64,000 nucleotides of DNA from Candidatus Dormiibacterota bacterium (GCA_963709585.1 CAVPXI010000016.1:96001-160000), one strand, 5' to 3'; counted from the stretch's first letter, positions 1 to 11,303 are shown. The notes: generated by a model from the letters alone, not told the origin. Numbers and translations: made by a program.

Positions 1-428
1 GCAAACCCCACGAGGCACCCGAGCACGACGCGTCGAGGAAAGCCCTCCCGAAGAAACAGTCCACTGAGAATCGCCACGAAGACCGGCCCCGTGTTGACCA
101 GCATGGCTGCGGTGCCGGCGTCGACCGTCTGCTCCGCCTGGTTGAGCAGGAGGTTGTAGGCGCCGAACCAGAGCAGACCGCAGGTCACCAGTCCGGGGAT
201 GTCGGTGCGCCTCGGAAGCGGCTGCCCGCGGACCGCGACGAGTATCCCGAGGGCGATGGTGCCGACCACCAGGCGCGCCAGGGCGAAAGATCCCGGCGAG
301 AGCACGCGACCTGCCGCCCGAATCCCCACGAACGCCGAGGCCCACAGGATGACGGTCGCGATCGCCGCGCCGAGCGCGAGGCCGCGTTCGCTCTGCGGCA
401 CAGCCTGAACAGCGTGGTCGCCGGTCAT
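1..428 (-). CDS. DMT/EamA family transporter (3' end runs off the window)
   Basis: My own translation from ATG 428: ...ALGAAIATVILWASAFVGIR...WFGAYNLLLNQAEQTVDAGTAAMLVNTGPVFVAILSGLFLRE, a typical EamA repeat. Not in the ORF track. Confidence 0.85.
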   Translation of the reverse strand, partial: MTGDHAVQAVPQSERGLALGAAIATVILWASAFVGIRAAGRVLSPGSFALARLVVGTIALGILVAVRGQPLPRRTDIPGLVTCGLLWFGAYNLLLNQAEQTVDAGTAAMLVNTGPVFVAILSGLFLREGFPRRVVLGCLVGF

Positions 429-491
429 CGGTCTAGCCTATTTCCTTGAACACGTCGTCGATAACCGAACAACGAGGTTGCACCCTTCGCT

Positions 492-983
492 GTGAGCCCG
501 CGCACGAGTCCGATCATCCGCCCGGCCGCTCGTGCGCTCATCGTTAATGCTGCGCAGCGCGTGCTGCTCTTCCGCGGCGAACTGCCCGGGCGTGAACCAT
601 GGTGGTTCGCTCCCGGCGGCGCGCTCGAGCAGGGCGATACGTTCGAGGCCGCGCTGGTGCGCGAAGTGGGGGAGGAGACCGGCCTCGTGGTCGATATCGA
701 CGCGGTCCGGGCACCGGTATGGACCCGCGACTTCCTGTTCACGTGGAAGGGCACACGGGAGCGCCATCTCGAACAATTCTTCCTGATCGTGGTCCCGGCG
801 CACGACGTGGACGCGAGTCGCTTCGAGGCCGCGGAGTCGGAGGTCATCAGAACTCATCGGTGGTGGAGCCTCGACGACATCAGGCGCAGCGCGGAACGCT
901 TTTCACCGGTGCGCCTGGGCGATCATCTGGCGCCGCTCCTGCAAGGCGCATTGCCGGGCCACCCGGTGGCAGTAGGGGAGTAG
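492..983 (+). CDS. NUDIX hydrolase
   Basis: Nudix box GGALEQGDTFEAALVREVGEETG. Confidence 0.9.
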   Translation: MSPRTSPIIRPAARALIVNAAQRVLLFRGELPGREPWWFAPGGALEQGDTFEAALVREVGEETGLVVDIDAVRAPVWTRDFLFTWKGTRERHLEQFFLIVVPAHDVDASRFEAAESEVIRTHRWWSLDDIRRSAERFSPVRLGDHLAPLLQGALPGHPVAVGE

Positions 984-986
984 TCC

Positions 987-3177
987 TCAGACTTCTTGCC
1001 GAGCCGGCACTGTGCTCGCGTGCCGCATCGACGGAATGGCTGAGCACGATCAGAGATCGCAGCTGCAGCGGGACCTCATCGCCCTCGTGATGCACGCTCG
1101 ATCCACGATGTCCTTCGGGGTCGTCCGTATCCATGACCAGCGTCCACCCGCCGCGCCACCCTGACGGCATCGTCCAGGTGATCGGCACGTCCCCGCTGTG
1201 GAGCAGGATCATCAGCGAGTTCCCCACGATGCGATGACCACGCGGATCGCGGTCGGGGATCTCCTCTCCGTTGAGGATCATGCCGATGGTTCGCTCGCCG
1301 TCGTTGTCCCAGTTCGCATCGGTGAACTCCTCGCCGTTGGGCAGCAGCCAGATGATGTCCTTGCGTCCCGAGCGCCGGGTTGCCTCACCCGAGAAGAAGC
1401 GTTTCCGGCGCAGCACCGGCTGCTCGCGTCGAAACGCGACGACCCGCTGGACGAAGCGCAGCATCACCGGGTCGACGTTGGTCCAGTCGAGCCACGACAA
1501 CTCGTTGTCCTGACAATACGCATTGTTGTTGCCCAGCTGAGTGCGGCCGATCTCGTCGCCACCGCAGATCATCGGGCAGCCCTGGGAGAGCAGCACGGTC
1601 GCGATCAGGTTGCGGCGTTGGCGGTCTCGCAGCGCGGTGATGGCCGGGTCGTCGGTCTCGCCCTCGAGACCGCAATTCCATGAGCGGTTGTCATTGGCTC
1701 CATCGTCGTTTCCTTCACCGTTGGCCTGGTTGTGCTTCTCGTTGTACGTGACCAGGTCGCGGAGGGTAAAGCCATCGTGCGCGGTGACGAAGTTGATGCT
1801 CGCCCAAGGCTGTCGCCCATCCCATTGGTAGAGGCTGCTCGATCCGGTGAGGCAGTTAGCGATGTCGCGCACACCGCCCGCTTCGCCGCGCCAGAAGTCA
1901 CGGACGGTGTCGCGGTACGCGCCGTTCCACTCCGCCCACCGCACCGGGAAGTTACCGACATGATAGCCACCCTCGCCAACGTCCCACGGCTCGGCGACGA
2001 GCTTGACCCGAGAGAGCACCGGATCCTGGTGGATGATGTCGAAGAACGCCGAGAGACGATCCACGTCATAGAACTGTCGCGCCAGGGCAGCTGCCAGGTC
2101 GAATCTGAACCCATCGACATGCATCTCGGTCACCCAGTAGCGAAGACTGTCGGTGATCAACTGCAAGGTGATCGGACTGCTGACGTTGAGACTGTTGCCG
2201 GTCCCGGTGACGTCGAAATAGAAGCGCGGCTCGTCCTCGACCAGTCGGTAATAGGACGGGTTGTCGATGCCTCGAAAACTCAGCGTCGGGCCCAGATGGT
2301 TGCCCTCGCCCGTGTGGTTGTACACGACGTCGAGGATCACCTCGAGCCCCGCGGCATGGAGGGCGCGCACCATGGCCTTGAACTCACGGACCTGGTCCCC
2401 GCTTCGGCCACCGGCGGAATAGCGGCTCTCTGGTGAGAAGTACCCGACCGAGTCGTATCCCCAGTAGTTCACCTGGCCGCGATCGATGAGGTCGCCCGCA
2501 TCGATGAAGTGGTGCACCGGCATGAGCTCGACTGCGGTGACTCCGAGTTGCTGCAGATATTCGAGCGAGCTGGGGTGTGCCAGTCCGGCATACGTGCCCC
2601 GCAATTCCGTCGGAATGTCGGGATTGCGTTTCGTGAACCCCTTCACGTGCAGCTCGTAGATCACGGTGTCAGCCCACGCGGTGTCCGGCCGCCGATCGTC
2701 GCCCCACGGGAAACTCCTGTCGACCACCACGCTTTTCGGCATCGCGGCAGCGGAATCGAGTTGACTGAGGTCGAGATCGTCGCCGTCGAACGAATAGCCG
2801 AACAACGCGGGACCGTGCTCGAACCGTCCCGCGATCGCCAGCGCGTAGGGGTCGAGGAGCAGCTTCCGGGGGTTGTGTCGAAGGCCGTGTCGCGGGTCGT
2901 ACTTCCCGTGAACGCGCAGGCCGTACAGCTGTCCGGGACCGACCTGGTCGATGTACCCGTGCCAGACGAGATCGGTACGCTCCTCGAGTGCATACGTGGC
3001 TGTTTCGACGCCATCCTGCGTGTACAGCACGACGTCGATTGCATCCGCCGATGCCGAATACACGGCGAAGTTCGTGCCCTCACCATCCCAGGTGGCGCCG
3101 AGCGGCGCCTCACTGCCGGGCCAGGCCTGTTGTCGAGGTGTGGATCGGCCTCCCGTCCGCCGGCTAGGAGCGGTCAT
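987..3177 (-). CDS. glgX: Glycogen debranching enzyme GlgX (GH13)
   Basis: Motifs NYWGY, DVVYNH, DGFRFDLA, AEPWD, FVTAHDGFTL. As written the ORF reads to 880; removing one base in GACTTC at 990-995 gives a TGA stop at 989-987. Confidence 0.93.
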
Positions 3178-3281
3178 GCAGGTCCAATGATGGCGCACCT
3201 TCAAAAATTGATAGCATCACTTGCATACGTGCTTATACCGCAACTGATACTAGCGAAGGTCATCGTGCCCGGACAGCGCTT

Positions 3282-5688
3282 GTGAGGGCGAATCCTCGCG
3301 CCACCTACCGGGTGCAACTGCGCGAGGAATTCGACTTCGACGCTGCCTCTGCCATCGTGCCGTACCTCGAGGAGTTGGGGATCTCGCACCTCTACTGCTC
3401 ACCGTACATGCAGGCGGCGGAGCACAGTGCTCACGGGTATGACGTCGTCGATCCGACGCGGGTGAGCAGGTCGCTCGGCGGAGAAACCGGGCTTCGTCGC
3501 CTCGATCACGCACTCAGGGCCGCGCAGATGGGGCAGCTCCTCGACATCGTGCCAAACCACATGTGCATCTCCGAGCGCGCGAACATTTGGTGGTGGGACG
3601 TCCTCCGCCGTGGGCGTGGCAGCCCGTACGCGCCGTTCTTTGACATCGATTGGGATGCGCCCGCGCTGCAGGGTCGCGTGCTGCTTCCCGTGCTCGGCGC
3701 GCCCCGAGCCGAGCTGCTCGCCGCCGGCGCACTGCAGGTCGTCAGGGGAGCGGACGACGACCTCGAACTGCACTACGAGGCACACTCGTTTCCGCTCGCG
3801 CCCGGTTCGGCCCTGACACCCGGACCGGTGTCGCTCGAGACCCTTGACGCGCAGCACTACATCCTCGAGGAACTCGGGGACGGGAGCGGCTCATGTCAAT
3901 TACCGCAGGTTCTTCGATGTCTCATCGCTGGCCGGCGTCTGCGTCGAGGTGGCTACCGTCTTCGACACCGTCCTCGCTCGCGCGCTCGAATTGGTCAAGG
4001 ACGGCAGCGTCGACGGGCTTCGCGTCGACCACATCGACGGGCTTCGTGACCCGGCCGCGTTCGCGTCCCGCCTGAGATCCCAGGCTCCGGCGGCCTGGCT
4101 GATCGTCGAGAAGATCCTTGCGACCGGGGAGCAGCTGCCGGTCGACTGGCCGATCGACGGGACCACCGGATACGAGTTCGGCGCCCTGCTGACGTCGCTC
4201 ATGGTCCATCCGGGGGGGCTCTCGGAACTCTCCGAGTGCTACCGCCAGTTCACCGGCGACGCCGGCGACTTTCCAGTCCATTCGCATCGATCCCGCAGCG
4301 AGGTGCTCGAGACCGTGCTGAGCGCCGAACTCAACCGGCTCAATCGCGTCGCTGCCGCAGCCGGAATTGACGATGCGCGGTCAGAACTCGTCGAACTCGT
4401 GGCGGGGATGCCGCGGTATCGGGTCTATCCGCGAGACGACGCCGCGCTCTCCATCGACGACGAGCGAGCGATTGCCGTTGCCGAGGAGTGGGCGCGGCAA
4501 TCCGGTCGTTGTGATGAGCAGCGCCTTGACGCCCTCCTCGCGGCGCTCCGGGGTGAGGACGAACGGTCGGCCGCGAGCGGCGAACTCCGCGTGCGCTTTC
4601 AGCAGGTTGCGAGCGCGGTCGTGGCGAAGGGGGTCGAGGACACCGCCTTCTACCGCTCTGTTCGCCTCGTCGCGCTCAACGAAGTCGGTTCCGACCCGGA
4701 GCGCACCACCAGGCTCGACGAGTTTCACGCGTCGTGCGCCCAGAACTCGAGCCGGCACCCGCTGACATTGCTGGCCACCACCACGCACGACACCAAGCGG
4801 GCGGAGGATGCGCGCCTGCGAGTCGGACTGCTCTCCGAGATGCCGCAGCGATGGCGCGATGCCGTCGCGCGTCTGGACGTCGTCGGCGCGCGTCACCGTG
4901 GCGCGCACCCGCCATCACGCGAAGCCGAATACCTCTTCTACCAGACCATGGTGGCTGCTCATCCGCTGGATGTGGATCGCGCATGGGCGTACATGCTCAA
5001 GGCAGCTCGTGAGGCAAAGCTCGAGACGAACTGGGTGGAGCCGAATCAGCACTATGAGGCGCATCTCGAGCATTTTGTGCGCGCCATGGTGGCCGATCCG
5101 GACGTGCAGGCGGTGATTGGTGAGGTGGTGGCGTCGATGACGCCGGAGTGGCAGACGCTGTCTCTCTCGCAGACGTTGATCAAGCTCACCGCCCCCGGCA
5201 TTCCGGACATCTATCAGGGTTCAGAGCTCTGGGACCAGCGACTCGTGGATCCCGACAATCGCGAGCCGGTTGATTACGAGGTCCGTCGCCGGTTGCTGCG
5301 CGTCGTGATGGCCGATCACGGCAGCTTCATGTCCCAACTCGCGGAAGGCGGTCCGAAGCTGCGCCTGATTGCGACCGCACTCGCGGTGCGAGCTCGCAAT
5401 CCCGAGGCATATGACATCGGCTCCGGATATCAGCGCGTGGTTGCGATCGGAGCGCGTGCGGATCACGCGATCTGTTTCGTCCGCACCCGTGCGGACGAGC
5501 GGCCGGTCACGGTGACGATCGCGTTCCGCTGGCCGCTTTTGCTCCGCCCCGGATGGCTGGAGACGCTGGTGCATCTTCCCCATGGCCGCTGGCGCGACGC
5601 ACTCACCGGACATGATGTGGGAGGCGGTGAGCAGCGCCTGGCGACATTGCTTGACGAAGCGCCCGTCGCGCTGCTGGAGCGCGCGTGA
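3282..5688 (+). CDS. treY: Malto-oligosyltrehalose synthase TreY (apparent +1 frameshift at 3870-3875)
   Basis: ATYRVQ, HGYDVVDP and DIVPNHM in ORF 3282; NYRRFFDV, GLRVDHIDGL, TTHDTKR and LVDPDNR in ORF 3844. Correcting GAACTC to GACTC joins the two. Confidence 0.92.
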
Positions 5689-5697
5689 CCGCCCGGA

Positions 5698-8130
5698 TCA
5701 GCGTAAAGGCGACGGCGGCGACGTGGCGTCGGGCTCCACCTGCCAGACCGGCAGCGTCAATGCGAACGAGGCACCGCCGCCGGGAGTCGATCGGGCAGTG
5801 ATGTCGCCGCCGTGGAGACGGGCCAGTTCGCGCGAGAGGTAGAGCCCCAGTCCGGTGCCGGAGATGTGACTGTTCTCAGCGGTCACGAGACGGCTGAATC
5901 GAGTGAACAGACGGTGCATCTGCTCTGGCGGGATGCCGAGGCCGTGATCGATGACAGCGACGCTCGCGATGCCTTGGCTCACGGTCGCGTGGCAGCTGAT
6001 CTCACCTCCATTTGGAGAGAACTTGACCGCGTTGTCGAGGAGATTCCTCAGGATCGTGTCGATCCTCCCCGCGTCGACATCGACGAGCACGCCGCTGTCC
6101 GGCAGGCGCACGTCGAGATGGTGGTGGGCGCTGAGCTGCGATTGGATCGCCGACGTCGCGGCGACGAGGATGTCTCGGAGGCTCTGGGGCTCGCGCTCGA
6201 GGCGGGTCACGCCCTCCTCGAGACGCGCGGTCTCGAGCATCTCGTTGACGAGCGCGTTCATGTCGTTGAGCTTTCGCTCGATAACCGGCATCGCGCGTTC
6301 GAGCCCGTCGTCGTCGAGCGACCCATCAGCCATCATGGAGAAATATCCGCGCACCACGGCGATGGGCCCGCGCAGCTCATGCGACGCAAGCTTGAGGAAA
6401 TCGGAGCGCATCTTCTCCATCGCGCGTGTGCGCTCGATGTGCTCGTGCAACCGCCGCGCCTCGGCATCACCGAGGGCGCGGATGCGTTCCTCGGAGGCCT
6501 TGATCTGCCAGACGAGTCCGGCGGCGAACGCGGCGAGCTGCAGCGTCCATGCGTCCTCATGGCTGAATCCCTCGGGTTTGATGGGTTCGTGGGCGGCGAG
6601 GACCCCGAGGCGCAGCGATCCGGCGCGCCATGCGACGGCCATCGTATCGGCGGCGGACATCGCGTGTTCCCGGTCCTGCACGCCCAAGCCGAGGTCCGCC
6701 GCACGCCCGCGAAACACCTCATCACCGAAGACGACGCGATCACGATCGGATGTGCCGGCGGGATCGCACGGCACCGCTCGCCACCGCTGGAACTCGGTCG
6801 CCGCGACACCGTGGGCGCCCGCCGCAGGGATCAACCTCGTGGCGTCGGTGCTGAGCCGCCAGAGCGTGACACGGCGTGCTCCCACGAGCTCTGCGACGGT
6901 CCCGGCGAAACGCGCGTACAGAGCGACGTCTGATGATGTCGCGTCCAGGTGATCGGAGACACTCAGGAGCGCGTGCAGGGCCTTCTGCTGTGCCTCCTTG
7001 GTCTCGGCAAACAGGCTCGCGTTGTGGAGCGCGAGGGCCGCGGAGAGTGCGATCTGTTCGAGGTTGTCCAGATCGAGCTGCGCGAATGGTTGGTCCGTGC
7101 GCCGGCTGACCGCGAGGATGCCGAGAACGCGGCCACCGGTTCTGAGCGGCAGGATCACGCGCGTGCGCACATCCGACAATTGCTCCTGCATATCGGGCGG
7201 CATGCCCGGCATGTCGGAAAAGCCTTCGAACGCCACTTCACCGCTGTCGATCCCGGCGCGGAGTTGGGGTGTGAGCTCCCACCTCGCGCCGATTCGCGCG
7301 GGCACGCGACCCTTGTCGTACCCCGCAATCGCCTCGATCGAATCCGCCTCGAACTTGGTCACGGTGATGCGGTCCACGTCGACCAGTTCGGCGATACGTT
7401 CGACGATCGCCTGGACCACCCGCGGGGGATCGAGAGACGAGGACAGCTCCCTGGTTGCCTCGCTCGTGAGGCGCAGTCGATCGACAAGGCGCTGGGTCGA
7501 CTCCCTCGCCTCGTCGCCGACCACCATGATGCTGATGAGCCGAGTGAAGCGATCCATGATGGCTCGCTCGGTATCGGTGAACGGTCGGGTCTCGGGACGC
7601 CAGAAACCGACGACCCCCATTCCGACGCGCCCGTCGGGGAGGGGCATCCCGGTGGCCATCGGCACCAACCGTCCGATGCGAATGTCGGTGCCGAAGACCT
7701 CCGGCGCGGCGCTCTCCTGGGGAGCGTTGGCGGTCTCGATGGGAACGCGATACAGCATCGCCCGGCCGTGCAGCATGCCCTCGTGCAGGGGCCACTCCTC
7801 GCCGATGAGGCTCTCGGCCCAGGGACCCGACGCAGCGACGACCTGAAACACGTCCGGTCGTGTGGCCGGCACGACCGAGATGACGCACTCGGTATGGGGG
7901 ACGACGCGAGTGCCCTCGGTCGCCATCGTCTGGAGCAGGTCCCGCAGCGGGACGATCTCGCGGGGATCCGTGGGGACTTCATCGAGAAGCCGCGCCACCA
8001 GGCGGCCGATCGCCTCATTGACGCTGGGAAGCTCCTCACCGGTGGGAGAGGGCCAGGATCGGGTCTCGACGACCCCGGAGGACGAGTGCTTCTGGCTCGC
8101 TTCGGGCACGGCTATACGATGCGGAGGCAC
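5698..8130 (-). CDS. Cytoplasmic multi-GAF sensor histidine kinase
   Basis: H-box ASHELRGP, N-box NLLDNAVKFS, DHGLG, GTGLGL. Three GAF-like segments, no transmembrane helix. Confidence 0.9.
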   Translation of the reverse strand: MPPHRIAVPEASQKHSSSGVVETRSWPSPTGEELPSVNEAIGRLVARLLDEVPTDPREIVPLRDLLQTMATEGTRVVPHTECVISVVPATRPDVFQVVAASGPWAESLIGEEWPLHEGMLHGRAMLYRVPIETANAPQESAAPEVFGTDIRIGRLVPMATGMPLPDGRVGMGVVGFWRPETRPFTDTERAIMDRFTRLISIMVVGDEARESTQRLVDRLRLTSEATRELSSSLDPPRVVQAIVERIAELVDVDRITVTKFEADSIEAIAGYDKGRVPARIGARWELTPQLRAGIDSGEVAFEGFSDMPGMPPDMQEQLSDVRTRVILPLRTGGRVLGILAVSRRTDQPFAQLDLDNLEQIALSAALALHNASLFAETKEAQQKALHALLSVSDHLDATSSDVALYARFAGTVAELVGARRVTLWRLSTDATRLIPAAGAHGVAATEFQRWRAVPCDPAGTSDRDRVVFGDEVFRGRAADLGLGVQDREHAMSAADTMAVAWRAGSLRLGVLAAHEPIKPEGFSHEDAWTLQLAAFAAGLVWQIKASEERIRALGDAEARRLHEHIERTRAMEKMRSDFLKLASHELRGPIAVVRGYFSMMADGSLDDDGLERAMPVIERKLNDMNALVNEMLETARLEEGVTRLEREPQSLRDILVAATSAIQSQLSAHHHLDVRLPDSGVLVDVDAGRIDTILRNLLDNAVKFSPNGGEISCHATVSQGIASVAVIDHGLGIPPEQMHRLFTRFSRLVTAENSHISGTGLGLYLSRELARLHGGDITARSTPGGGASFALTLPVWQVEPDATSPPSPLR

Positions 8131-8153
8131 GTCATTTTGATGATAGTGACTAT

Positions 8154-8185
8154 ATCACTCAAGATCGAAATCACTCCAGATCGAA
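8154..8185. repeat. 16-bp tandem direct repeat in an AT-rich divergent promoter region
   Basis: ATCACTCAAGATCGAA (8154-8169) followed by ATCACTCCAGATCGAA (8170-8185), 15/16 identical. Confidence 0.75.
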
Positions 8186-8262
8186 CAATCCCTGGAAAGT
8201 GGATCGTGCAATCACCTATGATACACTATGGATACCATGTTAGATGATAGCGTGGCTGCAAC

Positions 8263-9507
8263 TTGACCACGTCTCCGTCCAGGCGAGTCGCATCCTCCTC
8301 AGCCGGTCGAGGGAGCACGGGCAAGAACCACGCCGCGCAGCGAACAGCTCGAACGGCGACCGCGCGCCGGCCGGGGAGTCAGCGGCTGTGCGAAACGCCG
8401 TCGGTGAGAGCGCTGATGTGGCTGGCCATCATCCTCGCGGTCATCTGGATATTCGAAGGGGCGGCGTTCATCCTCGTACATGTCTTCAATGTGCTCCTGC
8501 TCTTCGTCTTTGCGGGAATCGTCGCGCTCCTCCTGACGCCGCTTGTGGACCGGATCGAGCGCGTCAGGCCCTTTCGCGGACATCGGTCCTTCACCGTTCT
8601 CCTGATCTACGCGATTGGCCTTGGGATCGTTGCCGGCGCGATCATGCTGGTGCTCCCGACGGTTGTCGCGCAAGCGAAAGGAGTCCCCGGACTGCTGCAG
8701 ACCGTCGACCATCAGCTGCGCCAGCACGGCATCTCCTTCTCGTTCGCCTCGCTGATCAACGCGGTGAACGGGCAACAACTCGGCGTGGCACTCGGCGTTG
8801 CGGCGGCCTTCGTGTCGGGGCTGGTCAGCGTGGTGCTGGTCCTGGTCATCTCCATCTATCTCCTGATCGAAGGTCACGCCGTCATCGCAACTGCGCGCAA
8901 CGTCTTCCCGAATCGACAGCGCGAGTTCGACTTCGTTGCGCTCGCGGTTGGGTCGACCGTGGCGGCGTATGTGCGCGGACAGATCGTGATGTCATTCGTC
9001 ATCGGCACCTATACAGGCGTGGCTCTGACCATCGCCGGCGTCCGGTACGCGATTCTGCTCGGGATCCTCGCCTTCTTCCTCGAGTTCATCCCCATCGTCG
9101 GTGCGGTCGCCGCCATGGTCCTCGCCGTCGCCGTGGCCCTGGTGCAAAGCCCGGTGCTCGCGCTCGTCGCCGCTGCGATCGGCCTGCTGGGGCATGCCAT
9201 CGACGCGTACCTTCTGGGTCCGCGCGTGTACGGGCGTGTCACGCGGCTTCACGCACTGGTGGCGATGGCGGCACTGCTGGTCGGCGCGGAGCTGGCCGGA
9301 GTGCTCGGTGCTCTCTTCGCTGTGCCCGTCGCCGCAGTCGGCAACATCTTCCTGGGAGCGCTCTATCGCGCTCGCCGCGGAGAAACACCAATGAGCACCG
9401 CCGCGGATGACGAGGTGAGTGTGGAGACGCTGCCCCGCCTGGGGGAAGAGGTCAGTGCGGTCGAGGACGAGGGCGTGAACCGAAAGCCGGTGCCCCACAG
9501 CGCCTAG
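8263..9507 (+). CDS. AI-2E family transporter (start uncertain)
   Basis: Multi-TM protein with YVRGQ, FIPIVG and GALFAVP motifs. Confidence 0.88.
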   Translation: MTTSPSRRVASSSAGRGSTGKNHAAQRTARTATARRPGSQRLCETPSVRALMWLAIILAVIWIFEGAAFILVHVFNVLLLFVFAGIVALLLTPLVDRIERVRPFRGHRSFTVLLIYAIGLGIVAGAIMLVLPTVVAQAKGVPGLLQTVDHQLRQHGISFSFASLINAVNGQQLGVALGVAAAFVSGLVSVVLVLVISIYLLIEGHAVIATARNVFPNRQREFDFVALAVGSTVAAYVRGQIVMSFVIGTYTGVALTIAGVRYAILLGILAFFLEFIPIVGAVAAMVLAVAVALVQSPVLALVAAAIGLLGHAIDAYLLGPRVYGRVTRLHALVAMAALLVGAELAGVLGALFAVPVAAVGNIFLGALYRARRGETPMSTAADDEVSVETLPRLGEEVSAVEDEGVNRKPVPHSA

Positions 9508-9546
9508 CCTGATGACCAGCGAGACGACGACGGATCGAGGGTGAGC

Positions 9547-9954
9547 TCAGCGGGGCGTATCGGCCGACGGGATCGCCGGCGATTCGCGTGACCGCTCGAC
9601 CTTCGTGGACAGCTGCGCAGGTGTCGTGTCCGCCTTGACCAGGAACTCGAGGGCCCCGAGCTTCAGGCCACGCTCGCGCAACTCGGGCTCGCCGTAGTTG
9701 CTGAGAATGATCACCGGGATGTGGGTTGTCGCCGGGTCTCCCCGGAGCCGCTCGAGCACCTCGAACCCGTCGAGGCCGGGCAGGCGGAGGTCGAGATAGA
9801 TGAAGTCCGGCACCTCTTCGTTGGCCATCCGCAGACCTTCCTCGCCGTCGCGTGCGACCACCACGTTGTAGCCATCCGCCGCGAGCCGCAGGCGGTACAT
9901 TTCCGCGGCTGCGGTGTCGTCCTCGATCAACAGAACCTTGACGTCATCGTCCAC
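9547..9954 (-). CDS. Single-domain response regulator (receiver only)
   Basis: LLIEDD, IYLDLRLP, ILSN, LVK. GTG start behind a GAGGAGGAAG RBS. Confidence 0.9.
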   Translation of the reverse strand: MDDDVKVLLIEDDTAAAEMYRLRLAADGYNVVVARDGEEGLRMANEEVPDFIYLDLRLPGLDGFEVLERLRGDPATTHIPVIILSNYGEPELRERGLKLGALEFLVKADTTPAQLSTKVERSRESPAIPSADTPR

Positions 9955-10076
9955 AAAGCTTCCTCCTCTGACACCCGCCATCGGTGAAAACCCCTGGCAT
10001 CCGGCTCCGCTTCGTTTCTCTGATTTTAGCGCTCCTGCGTCCTCGGGATATTGACACATGACGACTATAAGATTGC

Positions 10077-10106
10077 TTGACACTCCTTATGCCAAGCTGA
10101 TAGTCT
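10077..10106 (+). promoter_or_regulatory. Sigma70-type promoter TTGACA-N18-TAGTCT with extended -10 TG
   Basis: Perfect -35 at 10077-10082 and -10 at 10101-10106. Confidence 0.55.
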
Positions 10107-10112
10107 GCCTTG

Positions 10113-10192
10113 CGGTCGGAGAACGTCAATCACGCCTGAATTCCTCTCCCCAAAGCCCACCCCGCCGGGGGTCGCGCCCCCGGCGGGGTGGC
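10113..10192 (+). ncRNA. Candidate small RNA or structured leader (C-rich tract plus GC hairpin)
   Basis: TTCCTCTCCCC followed by the perfect stem CACCCCGCCGGGGG-TCGCG-CCCCCGGCGGGGTG, just downstream of the promoter. No U-tract. Confidence 0.35.
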
Positions 10193-10301
10193 ACCGTGCC
10201 GGGCAGATGCTAGGGGCTGGTGATGAGCGCGTTCTCGACGGCCGACACACGATATAGACTCCCACTCAATGATCGACAGCGCCCCCGGCTGAGCAGGCTC
10301 G

Positions 10302-10946
10302 ATGGCCATGCTTTCGGAGCGCCGGTCGGTGGCGCTGTCGGCGGCCCGAGCATCCGAACCGCATGACCGATGCCGATTCGGCCGCGATTTCGATCGGGCG
10401 ACTGTCGAATGCCCGGCGTTCCAGCGAGCCCAGTTCATCGCCGCAACCTCGTATGGAAAGCCGCTCGGTACACACGTGGCGTGCTCACACCTGCTGGTTG
10501 GCGAGCTCACCACGAACCAGTTCTACCCTCGCTGCTCACTCGGCTCCGATCTCGACAGGATGAGCTGGCTCGAAACCATGGGTCCCCGGCGGATCGAGGT
10601 GCTCAGGGCGCTCAACGCCGAGTTCGAGACGCTCTACCCCGATTCGCTCAGGCAGCTGGTTGCGGCCAAGGCAGTCGCGCTCGCCGGCCCCCCGGACGAC
10701 CGCCCGGGCCGCCTCGCGCTCGCCGCGGTGCTTCGAGAGTTCCTTGCGGAGTTCAGCGCGTTTGTGAACGCCAACGCGGACCGCATCGCCGAGATCGGCG
10801 TCTTGCCGACCGATCTGACCGTGCGCGCCGCGCGGGTGCTCGGCGAGTGGCAGCACAGTTCGCGGCTGGATCTGCCGGGACTCGACGAACAGTCGATTCT
10901 GCGACCCGAAAACCTCCGTGCTCTGCACGACGCGCGCCAGCGGTGA
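10302..10946 (+). CDS. Hypothetical protein with Cys-containing N-terminal domain and helical C-terminal domain
   Basis: CRF..CPAF..CSHL..CSLG. Its stop overlaps the GTG start of the MerR gene. Confidence 0.7.
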   Translation: MAMLSERRSVALSAARASEPHDRCRFGRDFDRATVECPAFQRAQFIAATSYGKPLGTHVACSHLLVGELTTNQFYPRCSLGSDLDRMSWLETMGPRRIEVLRALNAEFETLYPDSLRQLVAAKAVALAGPPDDRPGRLALAAVLREFLAEFSAFVNANADRIAEIGVLPTDLTVRAARVLGEWQHSSRLDLPGLDEQSILRPENLRALHDARQR

Positions 10947-11287
10947 GCCGGGCCGCCGCGTCGGCAGAACAGGCGAAGCTGTTGAACCTCGACAAGCCGT
11001 TGTACACGATCGGCATCACCGCGGAAATCCTCGCCACCCATACGCGCACGCTGATGATGTACGAGCATCTGGGCCTCGTCGTCCCCAGCCGAACCGCGAC
11101 CAACCGCCGCCTGTACTCGCAGCGCGACATCATCACGCTCGGAGCGATCCAGAGGCTGACTCGCGGCTACGGGCTCAATCTGATCAGTGCGCGCTATCTC
11201 ATCCACTGCCTGCAATTGCTCGACGCGCATGGAGTCCCGAGGCCGGCCGGCCTGACGGACATCGACGTGGAGCACGTGAAGGTCTGA
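10943..11287 (+). CDS. MerR-family (HspR-like) transcriptional regulator, copy 1
   Basis: PLYTIGITAEILATHTRTLMMYEHLGLVVPSRTATNRRLYSQRD. Confidence 0.88.
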   Translation: MSRAAASAEQAKLLNLDKPLYTIGITAEILATHTRTLMMYEHLGLVVPSRTATNRRLYSQRDIITLGAIQRLTRGYGLNLISARYLIHCLQLLDAHGVPRPAGLTDIDVEHVKV

Positions 11288-11303
11288 GGCTCGACGGGCG
11301 GGC

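Noticed and set aside
880-986. 104-bp overlap of the glgX C-terminus with the NUDIX gene
   Set aside because: Disappears when the extra base in GACTTC (990-995) is removed, giving a stop at 987.
8157-8163. HspR HAIR operator (ACTCAAG half-site)
   Set aside because: No CTTGAGT partner at the N7 spacing.
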